From Rhodothermales bacterium (GTDB lineage Bacteria; Bacteroidota; Rhodothermia; Rhodothermales; VXPQ01), in NCBI GenBank assembly GCA_965232485.1, contig OZ246975.1:2027246-2091245 (forward strand): a DNA stretch of 64,000 nt, in the 5' to 3' direction. Both the position numbers and the translations under genes were made by a program. Below the pieces are notes generated by a model. The model worked only from the letters and a program-made list of their open reading frames with translations. It did no database searches and had not been told where the DNA came from. The first letter of the stretch is position 1. Every line of letters starts with the position of its first letter. Positions 1 through 8,389 of this stretch are shown in pieces.

Positions 1-439
1 TTTGTGCGGGCGGCGATTGGAAAAGGAGGGTGATGTTTCACGTGAAACATTTGGGGATAATTTTTTATAAATTACTATTTTTCAGTATTTTATCCCCCAT
101 ACACGAAGAACTTTACCCTACGTCCATATCGACTTTTAGATGGCAACGGCAAAGGGGAACCGGCTCATTGACAGGAGGTAGGGGCACAGATCGAAAGTCT
201 CGTATAGAGAACCCAACAAGGAGCATTGATGTGTCTAATCCTCCTTGGCAATTGCATCCCTTGGATTAAAGACCGAAACCCTCTCTCTTTATTCCAGGGC
301 CAGCCCCTCCGGTATGCTGACCGGATCATTTGAAAAGCGCGAAAAAGATCAACAAGCGATTATTTATTTGTATAAAATTATAATATTTTATAAATTAATT
401 CGTTATGCTTAACGAGTATAAATATGCAGGAGGTACGCT

Positions 440-1663
440 ATGAACACGCATTCGGGCAAGTTTCCCAATCCTTTCCGGCCGGGGGCCGGGCATCAGCCCC
501 CTTACCTTGCGGGACGCGAGACGGAAAAGCAAGCATTTGGCCGGCTCCTCGAACAAGAGGTCATCCTTGAAAACATGGTGCTGACCGGCCTGCGCGGGGT
601 TGGAAAGACGGTGTTGCTTGAAACCCTGAAGCCCCTTGCACTTGATCGCGGATGGCTGTGGGTCGGGGCCGATCTAAGTGAAACCGCCAGCCTGCGGGAA
701 GAGCATATGGCCACTCGGCTATGCACCGATCTGTCGCTTGTAACTTCCTCTGTGGTGGCGTCTGTCAGGCAAGTTCAGCCTTTGGGGTTCGGCGCGAGCA
801 CAAAAACGGTGGAGAACCGGCTTGACTACCGGACCCTGACGGATATCTATCGGCAAACGCCAGGGCTTGCGCTCGACAAAATCAAAACGGTGCTCGAAAC
901 AGCGTGGGCAGCGCTGGCCCACACGGAAATACGCGGAATCGTTTTTGCCTACGACGAAGCCCAAAACCTTGCCGACCATGCCGACAAGGAGCAATTTCCC
1001 CTCTCGCTGCTTCTGGATACATTCCAGTCTATACAAAGGAAAGAACTTCCTCTGATGCTCGTATTGACGGGACTGCCAACGCTCTTTCCGTCGCTCGTGG
1101 AGTCGCGGACTTTTTCCGAACGCATGTTTCGCGTGGTTTTTCTCGACCGTCTTTCGGAAGACGATAGCCGCGAAGCGATTCAGCGGCCTGTCGCCAATAC
1201 GAAAGGAACCGTGCAACTGAGTGATAACTCCGTAGACATGATCGTGAAAATGTCCGGCGGTTATCCATACTTCATCCAGTTTATTTGCAAGGAAGTGTAT
1301 GATGCGTTTATCCAGCGTATAGACAGGGGCGAAGACGCCTCCGTGCCTACCTCAGAGATCATGCAGAAGCTGGATACGGATTTCTTTGCCGGGAGATGGA
1401 GTCGGGTAACGGACCGGCAGCGGGAACTGATGCTCGTCATCGCGCAACTGGATAGTAGCGACAGCGAATTCACTGTACAGGAGGTGGTGAAAAAATCCAA
1501 TGCCGTACTTGACAAGCCATTCAGCAGCAGTCACGTAAATCAGATGCTATCGACGCTGAGCGCCCGTGGCATGGTTTTTAAGAACAGGCATGGTCGATAC
1601 TCCTTCGCGATACCGCTTTTGGCGAGTTATATCCGGCGCCAAATGGATGGAACGGGAGAGTAA
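440..1663 (+). CDS. AAA-type ATPase with C-terminal winged-helix-like tail (ORC/Cdc6- or Arch_ATPase-like; function unknown)
   Basis: 407-aa ORF. AGGAGG (428-433) lies 6 nt upstream of the ATG, behind an AT-rich stretch. Walker A LTGLRGVGKTVLL and Walker B-like IVFAYDEAQN are present. Family assigned from motifs only. Confidence 0.75.
   Translation: MNTHSGKFPNPFRPGAGHQPPYLAGRETEKQAFGRLLEQEVILENMVLTGLRGVGKTVLLETLKPLALDRGWLWVGADLSETASLREEHMATRLCTDLSLVTSSVVASVRQVQPLGFGASTKTVENRLDYRTLTDIYRQTPGLALDKIKTVLETAWAALAHTEIRGIVFAYDEAQNLADHADKEQFPLSLLLDTFQSIQRKELPLMLVLTGLPTLFPSLVESRTFSERMFRVVFLDRLSEDDSREAIQRPVANTKGTVQLSDNSVDMIVKMSGGYPYFIQFICKEVYDAFIQRIDRGEDASVPTSEIMQKLDTDFFAGRWSRVTDRQRELMLVIAQLDSSDSEFTVQEVVKKSNAVLDKPFSSSHVNQMLSTLSARGMVFKNRHGRYSFAIPLLASYIRRQMDGTGE
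594..1644 (+). repeat. 1051-bp direct repeat, copy 1 (inside the intact ATPase gene)
   Basis: Aligns with 5109..6159 at a constant offset of 4515 bp. I found 3 mismatches by eye (756, 1073, 1627). Identity stops sharply at both ends. Confidence 0.9.
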
Positions 1664-1802
1664 AATTCCCGAATGTCGGGTTACGGGCTCACGCGATGGA
1701 GTAAAGACCGAGACCTTGATCCCGTGACGCACTGCCTGGCAAGCAAACTATCTGACAGGATTCAACGTAGCGCCCACCCGTCCGGACTAGGGCGTGTTAA
1801 CA

Positions 1803-2560
1803 CTAAAGCAATGCGTCGACGATGAGCACGAAGACGACGAAGCCGAGGAATACAACGTCGAGTTTTTCGAAGCGCGAGAAGATGCGCCTAAACCCCTTCA
1901 GACGCCGGAACAAACGCTCGATTTCGTTGCGCCGCTTGTACATCTCGCGGTCGTACTCCCAAGGGGCAAGGCGGTTTCTCTTCGGCGGAACGACGGGTAC
2001 GAACCCGAGGTCAAGCGCCAACTGGCGCGTACTGTCGTCTTCGTACGCACGATCCATCACCAACGCAGGACTGTTCGATGGCCTCTCCATGCCGCTCAAG
2101 AGCTTGCGGCCTTCGGGCGCGTCGTGCGCCTGGCCGGGAGAGAGCGAGAACGAGAGGGCCGTTCGAGCATCCGCGGCAACCATATGAATCTTGGCGCTCC
2201 AGCCGCCACGAGACTTGCCGATGGCTTGCGGACCGTTTTTTTTTCCGCGCCCGTACCGTCCGGATGGACCTTGACGCTGGTGCTATCCAGCCCCACCGCC
2301 TCGATCTTGATGCGCACGATTTGCTGCAGTTGCAGGTGCTCGAACACGCGGTCCAGAACGCCGTTTTTCGACCAGCGGTTCATTCGCGTGTAGATAGTGT
2401 GCCAATTGCCAAAGCGTTCGGGCAGTCCGCGCCACTTGCAGCCGTGCTCGGCCACGTAAAGGATCGCGTTAAGCACCTGAATATTCGACAGGCTCACGTT
2501 TCCGCGCTGTTTCGGCAGCAGCGGCGCGATCCGTTCAAACTGGGCCTCCGTGAGTTTCAT
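1803..2560 (-). CDS. IS5-family DDE transposase, two overlapping frames joined by a -1 frameshift
   Basis: The upstream frame starts MKLTEAQFERIAPLLPKQRGN (ATG at 2560). The downstream frame contains KIHMVAADARTALSFSLSPGQAHDAPEGRKLL...YKRRNEIERLFRRLKGFRRIFSRFEKLD. Shifting -1 at the A9 run gives the continuous sequence ...GTGAEKKNGPQAIGKSRGGWSAKIHMV... Confidence 0.85.
2236..2244 (-). other. A9 slippery run (A_AAA_AAA), candidate programmed -1 ribosomal frameshift site of the transposase
   Basis: Nine consecutive T on the plus strand, located where the two transposase frames overlap. The zero frame reads GAA AAA AAA ACG. Confidence 0.6.
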
Positions 2561-3085
2561 GTTCTGATGTTCTGAATTTAGCCTTATATTTCCGCGTCCC
2601 GAAATAACGCAACGAAGGACATCATGTTTCCTGTTAGTGTTAACACGCTCTAAAAGCAATAAAGAAGGCTTTCGGCATGGGCGGGGATGAAGACAGGAGC
2701 ATTCGCCCCCTATAAAGCCCCCTACGCGCCCGTAGCCCGGCTTTGAGGCGAACGGCGAATTTGCCCGGCCAACGCCCGGAAACGCCGTCTGCGGGCGTTC
2801 TGGTGCGCTGGACGCGAACCCCTGAAACCATGAAAAGCGACGATCCCGGCCCGAACTGCATCCAGACGGGAACCGGATTCCGAATCAGAACGCCGAATCC
2901 ATTCCCCTGTCCCAGTGCGGCAAGCAGAAAGGCGGCGTTATGCTCTGGCCATCGAGGAGCAAGAAGGGTTTTTGCTCCGTGCGCTGGTTTTGTTACCCTT
3001 GCCGGACGGAATGCCTCATCGAGGAGTACGACGGGATTCCCGAACCCCACAGGAACGCCGCCCGGAAACGCCTTTGCGCAGGGGC

Positions 3086-3114
3086 TTGACATTGTCCAGG
3101 CGATGCCTTATGCT
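3086..3114 (+). promoter_or_regulatory. sigma70-like promoter candidate (TTGACA-17 nt-TATGCT)
   Basis: TTGACA at 3086-3091, a 17-nt spacer, then TATGCT at 3109-3114, about 70 nt upstream of the low-GC ORF starting at 3184. Confidence 0.35.
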
Positions 3115-3183
3115 ATGGATACGCACCCGCCTGCGGCTGTTGCGGCGGGCTTTTATACATCCAAATACATACTGGTTTTTCTT

Positions 3184-3630
3184 ATGCGTAATAAGTTACT
3201 CCTTCTCGTTTTTGTTTTGCTGTCTGGGTTATTTACCCAAGAAGGTAAATCTAAAGAATACACGTCTACAATCGTAGGCCCATGTGATCATATGTCATAT
3301 GTTGCGCCTAATAGTTGGACTAAATCTCCAAGACAAATATGTTTAGAGGAAATAAACGATGTAAATTCTGGATCTAATGACCCTATTTCTATTGCGGGCC
3401 CTACCAGAGGCCCTACTTTTTGTGCAACCCATATACTTCGGTATGGAGGCCCCGAAAAAACGTATGATTGGCGAGGATGCGTAAGCCGAATGAGAGCATA
3501 TTGCCATAGAGAAAACGGTAAACGAATTAAGTTTAGAACATTTATTTATATTCATTTACCGTATCTTACAACCGCCGATCTTGGCGCCTATTTACGGATA
3601 GAAGAAGCACGTTGTGAGTCTTACTACTAA
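3184..3630 (+). CDS. hypothetical secreted Cys-containing protein (low-GC gene)
   Basis: The internal ATG gives MRNKLLLLVFVLLSGLFTQEG, a signal-peptide-like N-terminus. GC is markedly lower than the surroundings. The longer track ORF (2743..) runs through a high-GC region and is probably not translated. Confidence 0.5.
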   Translation: MRNKLLLLVFVLLSGLFTQEGKSKEYTSTIVGPCDHMSYVAPNSWTKSPRQICLEEINDVNSGSNDPISIAGPTRGPTFCATHILRYGGPEKTYDWRGCVSRMRAYCHRENGKRIKFRTFIYIHLPYLTTADLGAYLRIEEARCESYY

Positions 3631-3731
3631 CATCTATTGATATTAAAAATCCTTATGCCTATGCGTATACGCTACTGCAATTAGCTATTTAGCATTGCTT
3701 GTTTATAGGACTCCCTAACTGCGGTGACATT

Positions 3732-4331
3732 ATGAAAACCCAAATCGCTTTTGTTTTAGGTATCATCTGTATCATCCTGGCATCTTGCGATTCGCAAGAT
3801 GATACAGATGATATTCCTCCTCCTGTAACTAAAGAACAGGCTTGGTTATATGAAGCGGATGCTTGGGAAACAGAATCCTTGATGTGGCACCAGATGCATT
3901 TGTCTTTTGACTCCCTTAATGTAATTATTGAGAATGAAGGCGTTGACTATGAATATTGGGATTCTTTAGAATTAATTGTGTCTAATTTAGACGAGGCTAT
4001 TGTATTTGCAAATAACAATTCTACGGCATTCTATGATAGTTCTCAGTATACCTTAAGACGTTCTATAACTACTCGTAAATTTGCGAAAAATGAATGTTAT
4101 GATAAATGGGTTACTCGTCGAGATAGTGCAAATGTTCATAAAAAATCAATTATATTTTATGCTTCTTATTTTGATAATCGTATTTGGATTCCCCAAGTAG
4201 ATTCTATCATAAATAAAGCAAATGTTGCTCAAGTTGCATGGAATATGTCCGCGGAAAAATGGCATGAATTATGGCTATGGGATAAATCACCTACTTTGTA
4301 TCAAATTACTGATAATTGTTTAGTGAATTAA
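3732..4331 (+). CDS. hypothetical lipoprotein (low-GC gene)
   Basis: MKTQIAFVLGIICIILASCDSQDD is a signal peptide with a lipobox-like ILASC. Low GC. No recognisable domain. Confidence 0.55.
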   Translation: MKTQIAFVLGIICIILASCDSQDDTDDIPPPVTKEQAWLYEADAWETESLMWHQMHLSFDSLNVIIENEGVDYEYWDSLELIVSNLDEAIVFANNNSTAFYDSSQYTLRRSITTRKFAKNECYDKWVTRRDSANVHKKSIIFYASYFDNRIWIPQVDSIINKANVAQVAWNMSAEKWHELWLWDKSPTLYQITDNCLVN

Positions 4332-4412
4332 ACAACCTTGTGCTTAAGAATGTTTCTGATGTATGGCTTATGTTTGGGGTGCGCATCGGGCCGGGCTCGG
4401 CAGAACGGCGCG

Positions 4413-4516
4413 AAACAACCCGAAAACTGCGCAACGCATCCGAAAAACTGCAAAAAACTGCGTTTTGCTGTCGAAAACTGTCGAAAAACGCAGAAAACAA
4501 CCCGAAAACTGCGCAA
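4413..4516 (+). repeat. iteron-like repeat cluster
   Basis: The 22-bp direct repeat AAACAACCCGAAAACTGCGCAA occurs at 4413-4434 and 4495-4516. Between them lie five consecutive 10-bp units of the form (C/T)NGAAAA(A)CTG (4441-4490). Confidence 0.5.
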
Positions 4517-4680
4517 AAAAGCAGGAATCTTCACTTTCGGCATAGTCCGGTGCAATGAAGCGCAAGGGCGCGGTATGCCTTCGCGGGGCGGCGCGAAGCC
4601 GCGGGGACGGGCGCATCGAGGCCGCGCCCGTCCCGCATCATGCGCAAAAGCGTTGCATTTCCACCGGTAAACGCATATAC

Positions 4681-4722
4681 CCCAAAAATCAGCCCAAAAT
4701 CCCCCAAAATCAACCCCAAACG
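4681..4722 (+). repeat. phased CCCAAAAT A-tract repeats (about 10-12 bp period)
   Basis: The sequence is cccaaaaatcag cccaaaatcc cccaaaatcaa ccccaaacg. Helically phased A-tracts sit immediately upstream of the Rep-like ORF. Confidence 0.45.
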
Positions 4723-4778
4723 CGCCGTTTCGGGCATAAAACGCGCCGTCGCGGCGGCACAGGCAACGGCGTTCGGGA

Positions 4779-5144
4779 TTGGACGCATTGTGGGCGTACC
4801 GGCTTGACCTTTCCGGCATAGGGACGCGCCGGGCGCAGAAAACGGCGCGGGCTATCTTGCTTGAACTTGTCGGGATGATCAAATGGAACCCGGACGCGGA
4901 CGACTACGGCCAGGCATGGCCAACCGTCGCAAAGATTGCGGCGCGGATAGACCGTAAACCGCGGGGCGTACAGTACATCATGCGGCGGCTTGAAGCGTCC
5001 GGCTACGTCGTTCGGAGCATCCGCAAGCGTTCCGACGGGGGCAACGCATCGAACCTTTACGCGCTGAATCCGGCGGCGCGGGGTGTGGATAACCCCGCAG
5101 TTTGTGCAGCGGGGTTGGAAAGACGGTGTTGCTTGAAACCCTGA
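4779..5144 (+). CDS. winged-helix DNA-binding protein, plasmid/phage replication-initiator-like; its 3' end runs into the repeat junction
   Basis: 121-aa ORF. The segment WPTVAKIAARIDRKPRGVQYIMRRLEASGYVVRSIRKRSDGGNASNLYALN looks like an HTH/wHTH of small Rep-type proteins. The last ~12 codons lie beyond the junction at 5109. Confidence 0.4.
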   Translation: MDALWAYRLDLSGIGTRRAQKTARAILLELVGMIKWNPDADDYGQAWPTVAKIAARIDRKPRGVQYIMRRLEASGYVVRSIRKRSDGGNASNLYALNPAARGVDNPAVCAAGLERRCCLKP

Positions 5145-6163
5145 AGCCCCTTGCACTTGATCGCGGATGGCTGTGGGTCGGGGCCGATCTAAGTGAAACC
5201 GCCAGCCTGCGGGAAGAGCATATGGCCACTCGGCTATGCACCGATCTGTCGCTTGTAACTTCCTCTGTGGCGGCGTCTGTCAGGCAAGTTCAGCCTTTGG
5301 GGTTCGGCGCGAGCACAAAAACGGTGGAGAACCGGCTTGACTACCGGACCCTGACGGATATCTATCGGCAAACGCCAGGGCTTGCGCTCGACAAAATCAA
5401 AACGGTGCTCGAAACAGCGTGGGCAGCGCTGGCCCACACGGAAATACGCGGAATCGTTTTTGCCTACGACGAAGCCCAAAACCTTGCCGACCATGCCGAC
5501 AAGGAGCAATTTCCCCTCTCGCTGCTTCTGGATACATTCCAGTCTATACAAAGGAAAGAACTTCCTCTGATGCTCGTATTGACGGGATTGCCAACGCTCT
5601 TTCCGTCGCTCGTGGAGTCGCGGACTTTTTCCGAACGCATGTTTCGCGTGGTTTTTCTCGACCGTCTTTCGGAAGACGATAGCCGCGAAGCGATTCAGCG
5701 GCCTGTCGCCAATACGAAAGGAACCGTGCAACTGAGTGATAACTCCGTAGACATGATCGTGAAAATGTCCGGCGGTTATCCATACTTCATCCAGTTTATT
5801 TGCAAGGAAGTGTATGATGCGTTTATCCAGCGTATAGACAGGGGCGAAGACGCCTCCGTGCCTACCTCAGAGATCATGCAGAAGCTGGATACGGATTTCT
5901 TTGCCGGGAGATGGAGTCGGGTAACGGACCGGCAGCGGGAACTGATGCTCGTCATCGCGCAACTGGATAGTAGCGACAGCGAATTCACTGTACAGGAGGT
6001 GGTGAAAAAATCCAATGCCGTACTTGACAAGCCATTCAGCAGCAGTCACGTAAATCAGATGCTATCGACGCTGAGCGCCCGTGGCATGGTTTTTAAGAAC
6101 AGGCATGGTCGATACTCCTTCGCGATACCGCTTTTGGCGAGCTATATCCGGCGCCAAATATAA
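5102..6163 (+). pseudogene. 5'-truncated second copy of the AAA ATPase gene
   Basis: Homology to copy 1 begins inside the Walker A codons (copy 1 residue ~52). It has no equivalent N-terminus, RBS or promoter. The C-terminus differs (..RRQI* versus ..RRQMDGTGE*). Confidence 0.7.
5109..6159 (+). repeat. 1051-bp direct repeat, copy 2
   Basis: See copy 1; offset 4515 bp, near-identical. Confidence 0.9.
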
Positions 6164-6195
6164 TGTGGAATGATACGTTGCGGGCGAGCGAGGTT

Positions 6196-6996
6196 TCACG
6201 GTTCGGTACTACTTTCTTTCGGGGCCCGTTTGCGGGTCCGCCTGGACTCGCCCAGAATCCACCGGGGCTTCAGATCGAGATGGAATCGCGTGTTGGCCGC
6301 CTTGACAATAGCGGAAACGGCCTCTTCGGGGGAATCGGTGATCGTCCATCGCTCGGCGTCTTCCGGACTGATCGTGCCTTCCCGAACCATCGCGCCGGAA
6401 ACGAAGTCGATCATTTCCGACCAGTATTCGGCGCCCATCACGACGACAGGCAAATCCAGAATTTTGCCGGTTTGCACCAGCGTAAGCGTTTCGAATATCT
6501 CGTCCATGGTGCCAAAACCGCCCGGCAACACCACGAAGGCATAAGAGTATTTGACCAACATCACCTTACGGACGAAAAAGTGGTTGAAATCCACCCACTG
6601 GTCCAGATACGGGTTGCGTTCCTGTTCCTCGGGAAGTTCGATGCTGCAACCTATACTGAACCCGCCCGCCTCCTTGGCTCCGCGGTTGGCGGCTTCCATG
6701 ACGCCGGGGCCTCCTCCAGTCATCACCGTGAACCCTGCATTGGCCAGTTCGCTGCCCACTTGTCGAGCCAGCTGGTAGTAAACATGATCTTCGGGGAAGC
6801 GAGCCGAGCCGAAAACCGTCACGCAAGGCCCGACAAAATGCAGTTTGCGAAAGCCCCGGAGGAATTCGAGAAAGATGCGACCGGCCCGGATCAGTTCGGC
6901 CAGCCGCCTGCCCGGCCCGCTCAGGAAAAAGCGTTCTTCAAGCGTGCTTTTTTCGGTGCGCGCAGATCCTGGGGTTGTGTTCTTCGATATTTTCAC
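6196..6996 (-). CDS. LOG / TIGR00730-family Rossmann-fold nucleotide-binding protein (lysine-decarboxylase-like)
   Basis: Motifs: VFGSARF...VMTGGGPGVMEAANRGA...VVLPGGFGTMDEIFE (PGGxGTxxE). GTG start. Confidence 0.85.
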   Translation of the reverse strand: MKISKNTTPGSARTEKSTLEERFFLSGPGRRLAELIRAGRIFLEFLRGFRKLHFVGPCVTVFGSARFPEDHVYYQLARQVGSELANAGFTVMTGGGPGVMEAANRGAKEAGGFSIGCSIELPEEQERNPYLDQWVDFNHFFVRKVMLVKYSYAFVVLPGGFGTMDEIFETLTLVQTGKILDLPVVVMGAEYWSEMIDFVSGAMVREGTISPEDAERWTITDSPEEAVSAIVKAANTRFHLDLKPRWILGESRRTRKRAPKESSTEP

Positions 6997-7255
6997 TTGC
7001 CTGGATTGGATAGTATGAGCAATGCGGTCGAGCCCTCAACTAAAGCCTGTGCAGGATCGTCAAGGACAAAGATACTTGCTCGAACGACGAGGCGCTCCCG
7101 GAATGGGTAATAATCAGAAAAAGTAAATATACCGTATTACCCGTGTTTGCCAATATTGAGCATGCGCGCCGATATTTTTAAACAAGTTATTATTTTTAAG
7201 AATTTATAATAAAATAATGATTGGCGCGGAAACGTTTCCAGAACAAGCGCCCGCG

Positions 7256-7699
7256 TTATCGCCTCCAGAATCTGAATCTGCGCTTGGCCTTCCTCAACTC
7301 GAACGTAACCGGAATTTTCATCCGAATCTTGACGGGATTCCCTTGGCTTAAACCCGGACTGAATCGCGCCTGACGCACTACGCGCAGCGCTTCTTCATCG
7401 CAACCGCCGCCAACACCCTTCTTAACCACCGGATCTTCTACAAGGCCCTTCTCATTGACCATGATCGTCACTATAACTTCTCCCTCGATACCGTTCGCGT
7501 AGGCAGAATCGGGATGCTGTATTAACTTCTGCAAGGACCTTTGTCCTCCAATCAATTCAGGCATTTTCTCCACAATGAAAAGCCGTTCAGGCAGTTCCGG
7601 CTTTTGTTCCTGGCCCAATACTTCCTGTCCCCAGCCCCCAAGTATGATCACCCCGATCAGGGCCGCAAGTCCTCTCCGTCCGGATCGTTTTCTGCGCAT
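7256..7699 (-). CDS. TonB C-terminal-domain protein (energy transducer TonB family)
   Basis: N-terminal membrane anchor, then GIEGEVIVTIMVNEKGLVEDPVVKKGVGGGCDEEALRVVRQARFSPG, which is typical of a TonB C-terminal domain. Confidence 0.8.
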   Translation of the reverse strand: MRRKRSGRRGLAALIGVIILGGWGQEVLGQEQKPELPERLFIVEKMPELIGGQRSLQKLIQHPDSAYANGIEGEVIVTIMVNEKGLVEDPVVKKGVGGGCDEEALRVVRQARFSPGLSQGNPVKIRMKIPVTFELRKAKRRFRFWRR

Positions 7700-7779
7700 T
7701 CTATTTCCGGTAAGGCCAAGTCATTTCGGCAGCGTTCCTGTATAATCCCTCTGGCGCTGCTATATGCGCATTCTCTTTC

Positions 7780-8331
7780 CTACCGTATAGCTACCTTTGC
7801 GCACAACTCCGACCGGTGTGGATTCCGGTCCACCCCAGGCGGACTCGCAAGGGGACACAGTCGCAACACTCCGTGAACCATGGCGCCGCCCTCTGCAGCC
7901 TGATCCCATACCTTTGCCTGCTGTTTCCATAGCACTGCTTCCTGCTCCCATATTTCCGCCTCGCGTTCCTGTGCTTCCACGACCCCCCACCACCTCTCCG
8001 GGGTTTCAATCCGGGCCATATAAGATGCCTCCGCCGCCAATCTCCGCACCGTTTTCGCATGCTGGAACGCCTCTGCCGCCGCAGCCCTCGCCTGCACCGC
8101 CAATGCGTCGTATTCTGCTGCATTCCGGGAATCGTTACGAACCGCCCGCGCCAGGGTGGCGAATGCCGCCGGACGCGTCGCTCTTATCTTTTTCCTCTGG
8201 GCCTCTTCCCGTTGATCATGATCATTGATTGAGCCGCCCGTCGTGCCTTCCCATGTCTGCCCTTGCGCTGCGCAGGGCAGCATAGCAAGCATAATCGCCA
8301 GGATGGCAATGCGTACAGCTGATCGCTTCAT
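7780..8331 (-). CDS. hypothetical secreted protein, Ala/Glu-rich helical
   Basis: Signal peptide MKRSAVRIAILAIMLAMLPCAAQG. No recognisable domain. Confidence 0.45.
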   Translation of the reverse strand: MKRSAVRIAILAIMLAMLPCAAQGQTWEGTTGGSINDHDQREEAQRKKIRATRPAAFATLARAVRNDSRNAAEYDALAVQARAAAAEAFQHAKTVRRLAAEASYMARIETPERWWGVVEAQEREAEIWEQEAVLWKQQAKVWDQAAEGGAMVHGVLRLCPLASPPGVDRNPHRSELCAKVAIR

Positions 8332-8389
8332 GGCCTGGCGTGTTTTGCGAGAAAAAGATTTCGTAAAACAGGGGTACCGCCGGACGCCC

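Larger units (their letters stand above)
1790..2650 (-). mobile_element. IS5-family insertion sequence (IS427/IS1031-like), 861 bp
   Basis: 17-bp terminal inverted repeats: GGGCGTGTTAACACTAA at 1790-1806 and its complement at 2634-2650 (1 mismatch). TA flanks both ends (1788-1789, 2651-2652). It encodes a two-frame DDE transposase. Confidence 0.85.

Noticed and set aside
1-26. Resemblance of the first 26 bases (tttgtgcgggcggcgattggaaaagg) to the junction sequence at 5101-5125 (tttgtgcagcggggttggaaagacgg).
   Set aside because: Only a 7-mer and a second 7-mer are shared, with an indel between them. This is too weak to call a third repeat copy, though it could be rechecked with sequence left of the window.
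30-269. 79-aa ORF at the left edge, and the idea that 100-300 is a structured ncRNA (retron or intron remnant).
   Set aside because: There is no RBS and no motif. I could not fold a convincing conserved structure by eye, so the evidence is insufficient either way.
264-285. An 18/22 match between ttggattaaagaccgaaaccct (about 262-283) and atggagtaaagaccgagacctt (about 1714-1735), considered as possible att sites for the inserted segment.
   Set aside because: A match of this quality is expected many times by chance among all position pairs in 64 kb. The positions also do not coincide with the repeat junctions.
2640-3183. 150-aa minus-strand ORF and the N-terminal 147 codons of the 295-aa plus-strand ORF next to the IS.
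   Set aside because: They overlap each other in high-GC sequence with low-complexity translations. The plus-strand ORF only looks protein-like from the internal signal-peptide Met at 3184. No matching second half of a disrupted gene was found on the other side of the IS.
4316-4882. Seven overlapping 60-184-aa ORFs on both strands across the iteron region.
   Set aside because: Their translations are driven by the short DNA repeats (KTAQ/ENC/PKT-type low complexity). The region is better explained as non-coding repeat DNA.
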